Origin: Enterobacter sp. ENT03
GTDB lineage: Bacteria > Pseudomonadota > Gammaproteobacteria > Enterobacterales > Enterobacteriaceae
Direction: 5' to 3'
Assembly: GCF_019218745.1 (NCBI RefSeq)
Contig: NZ_JAHUXA010000003.1
Location: 169,062 to 193,061 of the forward strand
DNA length: 24,000 nt
The position numbers were made by a program, and so were the translations under genes. Each line of letters begins with the position of its first letter. The stretch's first letter is position 1. Below, piece by piece: positions 9,720 to 15,497 of this stretch. The notes beneath the pieces were generated by a model. It had not been told where the DNA came from, searched no databases, and was given only the letters and a program-made list of their open reading frames with translations.

Positions 9720-10094
9720 ATGACTTTCATGGTATCCCGTCTCTGTTCTGCCCTGGTGCTGGTGGGCGGAATTCTCACCGCACCCGCTGTTTTTGCGCAT
9801 GCTCACCTGAAACATCAGTACCCGGCAGCGAATGCTAACGTCGATGCGGCACCGCAGGCACTGACGCTCAACTTCTCGGAAGGGATAGAGCCAAAATTCA
9901 GCGGCGTGAAAATTACCGGGGCAAAACAGCAGGATGTGAAAACCGGCCCGGTGAAGCGCAATGAGAAAGACAAGACGCAGTTAATAGTACCCATTGAGCA
10001 GGCGCTGACGCCGGGAGAGTATACCGTAGACTGGCACGTTGTGTCGGTAGACGGACACAAAACCACGGGTAATTATCACTTCAGCGTCAGATAA
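9720..10094 (+). CDS. yobA: Periplasmic CopC-family copper-binding protein YobA
   Basis: The 124-aa product has a signal peptide ending ..AVFA|HAHLKHQYPAANA, so the mature protein starts with His. The DWHVVSVDGHKT motif matches E. coli YobA. Confidence 0.9.
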   Translation: MTFMVSRLCSALVLVGGILTAPAVFAHAHLKHQYPAANANVDAAPQALTLNFSEGIEPKFSGVKITGAKQQDVKTGPVKRNEKDKTQLIVPIEQALTPGEYTVDWHVVSVDGHKTTGNYHFSVR

Positions 10095-10097
10095 GCG

Positions 10098-10967
10098 ATG
10101 CTGGCATTTCTCTATATCGCGCTGCGATTTATCCATTTTGCGACCCTGATGCTGGCCACCGGCAGCGCCTGGTTCAGCGCCGTGCTGGCGCCTGCCGCGC
10201 TGCAACCGGTCATCACTAAGCGCTTTAAGCGTCTGCAACGCATCACGCTGACCCTGAGCGCTATTAGCGCGCTGCTGATGTTTGCCGTGCAGGGCGGCAT
10301 GATGGGCGAAGGCTTTCCGGATACGCTGCGGCCAGACATCTGGCTGGCGGTAGCGCAGACGCAGTTTGGCAGCGTCTGGCTGTGGCAAATGCTGCTGGCG
10401 GTGGGGACGCTGGCCGTCGTGCTGGTGCAGCCGCGCAGTCAGGGGCGATTATTGGGTCTGCTCATCGCGCAACTGCTGTTGCAGGCCGCGGTCGGCCATG
10501 CGGCAATGCACGACGGATTGACCGGCATGGCACAACGCGCGACCCATGCCCTGCATCTGCTATGTGCGACGGCCTGGTTTGGCGGTCTGCTGCCGGTCAT
10601 TTTCTGCACGCGACAGGCCGAGGGACACCGGCGCGACGCGGCGATCATTACGCTGATGCGCTTTTCCCGCGCCACCCATCTGGCGGTGGCACTGGTTATT
10701 GTCAGTGGCGTCCTCAATGCGCTGCTGATCCAGGGCCTTGCGTTACCCTGGCAGAGCGATTATGGTCGCCTGCTTTTGTGCAAATGTGCTCTGGTGCTGG
10801 TGATGCTGGTAATTGCGGTCGTGAATCGTTATGTTCTGGTGCCACGCTTCCCTACGCATGGCCGTCAGGCGCAGAACCTGTTTATTCGCATGACCCAGGC
10901 TGAAGTGATCCTGGGAACGCTGGTGCTGGCCCTGGTCAGCCTGTTCGCAACGCTTGAACCTTTTTGA
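10098..10967 (+). CDS. yebZ: CopD-family inner-membrane protein YebZ
   Basis: The 289-aa polytopic hydrophobic protein starts MLAF..IALRFIHF and ends LATLEPF*, as E. coli YebZ does. Its start lies 3 nt after the yobA stop. Confidence 0.9.
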   Translation: MLAFLYIALRFIHFATLMLATGSAWFSAVLAPAALQPVITKRFKRLQRITLTLSAISALLMFAVQGGMMGEGFPDTLRPDIWLAVAQTQFGSVWLWQMLLAVGTLAVVLVQPRSQGRLLGLLIAQLLLQAAVGHAAMHDGLTGMAQRATHALHLLCATAWFGGLLPVIFCTRQAEGHRRDAAIITLMRFSRATHLAVALVIVSGVLNALLIQGLALPWQSDYGRLLLCKCALVLVMLVIAVVNRYVLVPRFPTHGRQAQNLFIRMTQAEVILGTLVLALVSLFATLEPF

Positions 10968-10983
10968 ATAACTGGCGAAGACA

Positions 10984-11322
10984 ATGAAGAAAAGTATTCT
11001 CTCTCTGTTATTACTTACCTGTTCCGCCGCGGCGCTGGCCGCCCCGACAGTGATCACGGTAAGCCGTTTTGAAGTCGGCAAAGACAAATGGGCCTTTAAT
11101 CGCGAAGAGGTGATGTTAACCTGCCGACCGGGCCACGCGCTGTTTGCGATAAATCCGTCAACGCTGGTGCAATATCCGCTGAATGACGCGGCGCAAAAGC
11201 AGGTGGACAGCGGCCAGGCCAAGGGCACCTCTATTAGTGTGATCCAGGTCGATAATCCGCACAAAAGCGGTGAGAAAATGAGCCTCGCGCCGTTCATCGA
11301 ACGCGCTGAAAAACTCTGTTAA
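10984..11322 (+). CDS. yebY: Periplasmic DUF2511 protein YebY
   Basis: The 112-aa product has a signal peptide ([19 protein letters not shown]|AP). It is the third gene of the yobA-yebZ-yebY unit, as in E. coli, and has two Cys in the mature part. Confidence 0.88.
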   Translation: MKKSILSLLLLTCSAAALAAPTVITVSRFEVGKDKWAFNREEVMLTCRPGHALFAINPSTLVQYPLNDAAQKQVDSGQAKGTSISVIQVDNPHKSGEKMSLAPFIERAEKLC

Positions 11323-11351
11323 ATGCCAAAAATATCTTTTTGATTTCCAAT

Positions 11352-11392
11352 AAAAAAACCGCAGCCCTGATATAAAAGTGCTGCGGTTTTTT
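11352..11392. terminator. Bidirectional intrinsic terminator after yebY
   Basis: A run of A7 precedes ACCGCAG (11357-11363). This pairs with CTGCGGT (11381-11387), which is followed by T6. The A-tract and T-tract flank the stem on both sides. Confidence 0.8.
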
Positions 11393-11465
11393 ACTTTTAT
11401 GACGTGACTGTCACCGGTTTTACCAGAGCACCATTGATGGCGACTGGAAAAGCTGGCGCTGTCAT

Positions 11466-11473
11466 CTATTCTT
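11466..11473 (+). promoter_or_regulatory. -10 element of the sdsR promoter (RpoS-type, C-extended)
   Basis: tCTATTCTTaa ends about 6-7 nt before the inferred sdsR 5' end. It resembles the sigma-S-preferred TCTATACTTAA. SdsR is RpoS-dependent in E. coli and Salmonella. Confidence 0.5.
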
Positions 11474-11723
11474 AAAGTGCCAGGCGTAGTTTGCCTGCAT
11501 TAATGCCAACTTTTAGCGCACGGCTCTCTCCCAAGAGCCATTTCCCTGGACCGAATACAGGAATCGTATTCGGTCTTTTTTTATTCCTTTTTCACATCAG
11601 AGACTTAGACATCAGCAGCCGGTTCAGTGCTGGATGTCTGTCGCACTGTCACAAGGTAAACGTTTTTTGGAGCGTATCCAACCCCTTTTTAGCGCTTTTC
11701 GGCCTCTGTGTGAGATACCTTAG
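11472..11723 (-). ncRNA. ryeA: RyeA (SraC), antisense partner of SdsR; coordinates only approximate
   Basis: This is placed purely by analogy to E. coli K-12. As I recall, the ~249-nt RyeA starts ~140 nt beyond the SdsR 3' end and fully overlaps SdsR on the other strand. I could not identify a convincing minus-strand promoter by eye. Confidence 0.3.
11479..11582 (+). ncRNA. sdsR: SdsR (RyeB) Hfq-dependent sRNA
   Basis: GCCTGCATTAATGCCAACTTTTAGCGCACGGCTCTCTCCCAAGAGCCATTTCCCTGGACCGAATACAGGAATCGTATTCGGTCTTTTTTT matches the conserved SdsR sequence as I recall it. The terminator hairpin GACCGAATAC/GTATTCGGTC (11549-11575) plus T7 is present. The location next to yebY matches E. coli. The 5' end is inferred. 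Confidence 0.85.
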
Positions 11724-11835
11724 TCACCCTGATGTTAGCGGGGCACACGAAGGTTAAGTTCATTTAATTGATCTGTAGTATTCTCTCGCGCTTATAAAAT
11801 CATATCTGCGCGCAAAACATTTATCAGGGTTATAT

Positions 11836-12732
11836 ATGAACCAGAAACACAGCTATATTGATTCAGATATTCTTGGTCTGAATAATTCATCGGAAGCACA
11901 TTTTAAATGGCTGGTGAAGGTTTTACATTTTATTACCAATAAAACGGCAGTAATGCCTGAACTGACCTGCTGCGATGCGCATAAGATTTGTGATTTTGGT
12001 CAATGGCTCAATGAACGGCTGGCGGAAGAACGCAATGACAGAAGTTTTCTTCTTAATATTGATCGCTCGCATACCGATATTCACTTCACCTGCCGGGCGC
12101 TGGTGGAGGCGGTGCGTCGTGGCGAGGCAACACCTGCGCGTTTCGAGCGATTTGAAACATCGCTGTTAGATTTCAACGCCGCGCTGATGGACTATAAAAC
12201 CCATCTGTTGCAGTTGCGCAGCAGTTACGATGCGCTGACGGGGCTGCCGTTACGCCGTACGCTGGATGAATCTTTTGCCGGCATGGTGGATCAATTTAGT
12301 CAGACCGGACTTTATGCGTTATTACTCGACATCGATCATTTCAAAAAAATAAATGATAACTACGGGCATTTGGTAGGCGATGGTGTTTTACGTTGTCTGG
12401 CGCTGACGCTGGAAGATAACGTCAGAAAAAGCGAGACGGTATACCGCTATGGCGGCGAAGAATTTATTATTATTTTGCACGCAGACACGCATAAAGAAGC
12501 CTGTATTGCCGCCGAACGTATCCGCCAACTGATCGCCACTAAAATCATGAGCGTTTCTGGCCACAAAATTACCATCACCTTTACTGCCGGACTGACCAGA
12601 ATTAATGAAGACGAAGCATTACGCGAAGTGCTGGAAAGATCGGATAAAGCGTTATATCACGGCAAAGAAACCGGACGGAACCGCTGTATTTATATTGACC
12701 GTGAAAAAACAATGGCAAGAATTGAGGTTTAA
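11836..12732 (+). CDS. Diguanylate cyclase with N-terminal chemoreceptor zinc-binding (CZB) domain, DgcZ(YdeH)-like
   Basis: The 298-aa product has a GGDEF domain with LLLDIDHFKKINDNYGH and YRYGGEEF (GGEEF is residues 206-210, nt 12451-12465). The N-terminal half aligns with E. coli DgcZ (296 aa). His22, Cys52, His79 and His83 sit at the positions I recall as the DgcZ zinc ligands. Confidence 0.9.
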   Translation: MNQKHSYIDSDILGLNNSSEAHFKWLVKVLHFITNKTAVMPELTCCDAHKICDFGQWLNERLAEERNDRSFLLNIDRSHTDIHFTCRALVEAVRRGEATPARFERFETSLLDFNAALMDYKTHLLQLRSSYDALTGLPLRRTLDESFAGMVDQFSQTGLYALLLDIDHFKKINDNYGHLVGDGVLRCLALTLEDNVRKSETVYRYGGEEFIIILHADTHKEACIAAERIRQLIATKIMSVSGHKITITFTAGLTRINEDEALREVLERSDKALYHGKETGRNRCIYIDREKTMARIEV

Positions 12733-12743
12733 ACAAATAAATA

Positions 12744-12778
12744 ATCCCTCCCCGCAGCGATGCGAGAAGGGATATTTT
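12744..12778. terminator. Bidirectional terminator-like hairpin between the convergent cyclase gene and orf146
   Basis: The lower stem is ATCCCT (12744-12749) with AGGGAT (12768-12773). The upper stem is CGCA/TGCG with a GCGA tetraloop. ATTTT follows on the + strand, and a T-rich run (TATTTATTTGTTT) follows on the - strand. Confidence 0.5.
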
Positions 12779-13217
12779 AACGTTGCAGGAAGAGGGCGTT
12801 TTCTCGCGGTGACCAGTCTTTTTCTGAAAAATCAAATACCGGGAAGGTGGCATCCCGCACCCCCTGCGCGAGCAGCATTTCCCGCGCTTCAACCGGCAGG
12901 CTTTCCTCACGGAACAATTCAGCGATCACAAACATGGCATCGTTAAATGATAGCTGTTTAATTTCGAAAGGCTTCCAGCCGGTGCGCTTAAAAATCAGGT
13001 GGTACAGCGCTTCTTCGCCGGACAGCGGCACGTAGACGCTGGCATATTTATCGCGATGACGGGCGAGCAGCACTTCGAGGATGAATATCTGTGCGATACG
13101 CTGCCGGGTGGCATTCCCCAGGTGACTGTCGTCGTTTTCCATTTCGGCAAAGGGAATATCGTTATTCTCACGCACCCGCTTTTCAATGGCACTCCATAAC
13201 TCATCAAACTTTTGCAT
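12777..13217 (-). CDS. Hypothetical 146-aa acidic cytoplasmic protein (no family recognised)
   Basis: This is a clean ORF with an ATG at 13217 and an AAGG Shine-Dalgarno ~8 nt upstream. It has no signal peptide, no TM segment and no Cys, with 25 D/E against 19 K/R by my count. It sits where E. coli has no equivalent gene. I cannot match it to any protein I know. Confidence 0.7.
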   Translation of the reverse strand: MQKFDELWSAIEKRVRENNDIPFAEMENDDSHLGNATRQRIAQIFILEVLLARHRDKYASVYVPLSGEEALYHLIFKRTGWKPFEIKQLSFNDAMFVIAELFREESLPVEAREMLLAQGVRDATFPVFDFSEKDWSPRENALFLQR

Positions 13218-13331
13218 ACCGCTACCTTGTTAAAAATGTTAACAGCCGTACGACAATAACAGAGAGGCTGCGACGCCGCCAGAAACGCGCACTGGTCGCT
13301 GCCTGAGGCGTCAGCAGGTGCAGGGTAGCCA

Positions 13332-13523
13332 TTAAAAATCGCTGTACTCCTGAGCCGGACGCCAGAAGCCATCAATGAAATCTTCAACAGGATAGCAGCC
13401 GCCGTGCCGCAAACGTTGCTCGTCCATGGCCACCAGGCACTGTTGTTCGGTGTTAAAGACATCAATCACAATGTCATCACACCCACCATCCAGGTAACAA
13501 ACAAATAAAACCAGTGCGAACAT
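13332..13523 (-). CDS. yebW: DUF1482 small protein YebW
   Basis: The 63-aa product MFALVLFVCYLDGGC.DIV.DV.NTEQQCL ... DFIDGFWRPAQEY.DF is nearly identical to E. coli YebW. A GAGGA Shine-Dalgarno lies upstream. Confidence 0.9.
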   Translation of the reverse strand: MFALVLFVCYLDGGCDDIVIDVFNTEQQCLVAMDEQRLRHGGCYPVEDFIDGFWRPAQEYSDF

Positions 13524-13597
13524 TCCATCCTCAGATCGGGCTAACGTAAGGTAAGTGTAGGGGATGAACGTAAGCGGGGGAAATAAGCGGAGTAAAT

Positions 13598-13618
13598 AAC
13601 CCGTCCCAAAGACGGGTT
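13598..13618 (-). terminator. Hairpin just downstream of the yebV stop (weak intrinsic terminator or attenuator)
   Basis: AACCCGTC (13598-13605) pairs with GACGGGTT (13611-13618) around a 5-nt loop. On the minus strand it is followed by ATTTACTC, a short and imperfect U-tract. Confidence 0.45.
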
Positions 13619-13625
13619 CTTCGGA

Positions 13626-13865
13626 TCAGGCAAGGCGCATAATCCAGGTATCTGACTGCTCATCGTAATGTTCGCGGTAAAGGACCGAATGTTCGCCATC
13701 CAGCAGCGCCGGAATGCTGGTATCCGCATCCCAGGCATCAAGTTGCATGCACAGGTCCGGGTCGGAACTGCATGGAATGCGCAATGTTCGTTGGCCCTGC
13801 TGTTCGCCTTGCAGCTCAGCATCATCGATTTCAAAGGTGCCAATTCGCACGCTGGTTTTCGTCAT
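13626..13865 (-). CDS. yebV: DUF1480 small protein YebV
   Basis: The 79-aa product M.KTSVRIG.FEIDD.EL.GE..G.RTL.IPC.SDPDLCMQLDAWDA.TSIPALL.GEHSVLYR..YD.QSD.WIMRLA matches E. coli YebV. Confidence 0.92.
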   Translation of the reverse strand: MTKTSVRIGTFEIDDAELQGEQQGQRTLRIPCSSDPDLCMQLDAWDADTSIPALLDGEHSVLYREHYDEQSDTWIMRLA

Positions 13866-13978
13866 AATGCTCTCCGTTACGTTGCTATAGTGGTACGACC
13901 AGTAAAGTCACCCATTTTTTAGCCTGGTTCACATACACGAAATACGCCAGTCAGAATGTGCTTAATTTTTTCTGTAGG

Positions 13979-15418
13979 CTACGGTTTCGCCGCAAACAAA
14001 CGCCCGTCGCGCACCAGTTCACGGGGATAACTGTTTTTCAGCCGCGAGCCGATTTTTTTTGCCAGCCCCAGCGGTTGCCCCTGGAAAGTCACGATCACAT
14101 CATCCTGGGGCGGTGTGGTTTGCGGATAGACATCCCGCCCGCGGTACCACTCCTCGGCCTCCTGATGCGTCAGTTCGAAGGCCAGCGGGTTAGCAGTGCC
14201 AGCGAGGGCGATAATCGCCTCGTGCTGCCAGCGGAAACCCTTGTTATGCACCTCGGCAAGTTTGATACCGAGACGGGAGAAGCGCACTTTGCCAATCATC
14301 GGTTCGATGGCCGCCGGGAATAACCAGATCTCTTTGTCGCGCTGCCACAGCCGCAGTTGCTCGTCCCAGTGCAGCCCGATGTGGCCTGCCGCCTGCACGA
14401 CATTCGCGCTCTCGCGGGTTTTCATCGGCGCGAAAGGGAAATTACCCACTTTGTAAGTCGGGGCCGGTAAAGGCGGCACGGAGGCCGTTTTACGCAGTCG
14501 CGCCACGAAGAAGCCTTCACAGTCGTAAATCTGCGGAAATACGTGCAGGAAACCTTCAGCAGTAAGGGCCGCTTCTGCATTGGGAAACAGCGTGGCCAGC
14601 GATTCAAACTCCACGGCGTCCGGGTAGCGCGCTTTCAGCCACTGACAGATAGCTTCATTTTCATCGGTATTCAGCGTACAGGTGGAGTACACCAGCGTCC
14701 CGCCTGGGCGAAGCGCATGGAAGGCGCTGTCTATCAGCTCGCGCTGGGTGGCGGCGATCTCCAGATTGCTGACAACCGACCAGTTTTTCAGCGCATCAGG
14801 ATCTTTGCGCACGACGCCTTCGCCGGAGCAGGGCGCATCCAGCAAAATGGCATCAAAGGCCTCTGGCAGCGCGGCACCAAAGACACGGCCGTCGAAATGG
14901 GTGAGGGCGACGTTATGAATGCCGCAGCGGCTGATATTGGCATGCAAGACTTTTACGCGGCTGGCGGAATACTCGTTGGCGAGGATCGCCCCGCGATTAT
15001 GCATACGGGCGGCGATTTGCGTCGTTTTGGAACCCGGCGCGGCGGCAACATCCATCACGCATGTTGGCTGTGCATCTCCGGCGAAGAGCGCGGCGACCGG
15101 CAACATAGAACTGGCCTCCTGAATATAAAACAGGCCGCTCAGGTGTTCCGCAGTGCTGCCGAGCGGCACGGCATCTTCATCTTCCCGTTCGATCCAGAAC
15201 CCTTCTGCACACCAGGGCACCGGCGTCAGATGCCAGTCATACGGGGCCACCAGCGCCAGAAAATCCGTCACGCTGATCTTTAAGGTATTGACGCGAATGC
15301 TGCGGCGCAACGGGCGCTGACAGGCGGCAAGAAAGTCGTCGAAGGAGAGATGCGACGGCATGGCCTGGCGCATTTGCGTAAGAAAATCTTCAGGAAGGTA
15401 AACAGAATTGTGGGCCAC
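13979..15418 (-). CDS. rsmF: 16S rRNA m5C1407 methyltransferase RsmF (YebU)
   Basis: The ORF track extends to 15619. Homology to E. coli RsmF ([21 protein letters not shown]..) begins at the GTG at 15418 ([21 protein letters not shown]), giving 479 aa as in E. coli. The SAM-MTase motifs [11 protein letters not shown] and DAPCSGEG are present. Confidence 0.92.
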   Translation of the reverse strand: MAHNSVYLPEDFLTQMRQAMPSHLSFDDFLAACQRPLRRSIRVNTLKISVTDFLALVAPYDWHLTPVPWCAEGFWIEREDEDAVPLGSTAEHLSGLFYIQEASSMLPVAALFAGDAQPTCVMDVAAAPGSKTTQIAARMHNRGAILANEYSASRVKVLHANISRCGIHNVALTHFDGRVFGAALPEAFDAILLDAPCSGEGVVRKDPDALKNWSVVSNLEIAATQRELIDSAFHALRPGGTLVYSTCTLNTDENEAICQWLKARYPDAVEFESLATLFPNAEAALTAEGFLHVFPQIYDCEGFFVARLRKTASVPPLPAPTYKVGNFPFAPMKTRESANVVQAAGHIGLHWDEQLRLWQRDKEIWLFPAAIEPMIGKVRFSRLGIKLAEVHNKGFRWQHEAIIALAGTANPLAFELTHQEAEEWYRGRDVYPQTTPPQDDVIVTFQGQPLGLAKKIGSRLKNSYPRELVRDGRLFAAKP

Positions 15419-15497
15419 GCGCGTATCACCAGCAAAAAAACAGGCGCGCAGTGTAGCACAAAGGCCCCGACGCAGACACGCCGGAGCCTGAAGGTGA

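Noticed and set aside
10382-10903. 173-aa out-of-frame + strand ORF inside yebZ
   Set aside because: It is an alternative frame of a GC-rich membrane-protein gene, with an Ala/Gly/Arg-rich translation. The yebZ frame gives a coherent CopD-like polytopic protein.
11491-11757. 88-aa + strand ORF (TTG start) across the yebY-cyclase intergenic region
   Set aside because: It runs straight through the SdsR sRNA, including its terminator hairpin. It has a TTG start with no Shine-Dalgarno, and the sRNA explains the conservation.
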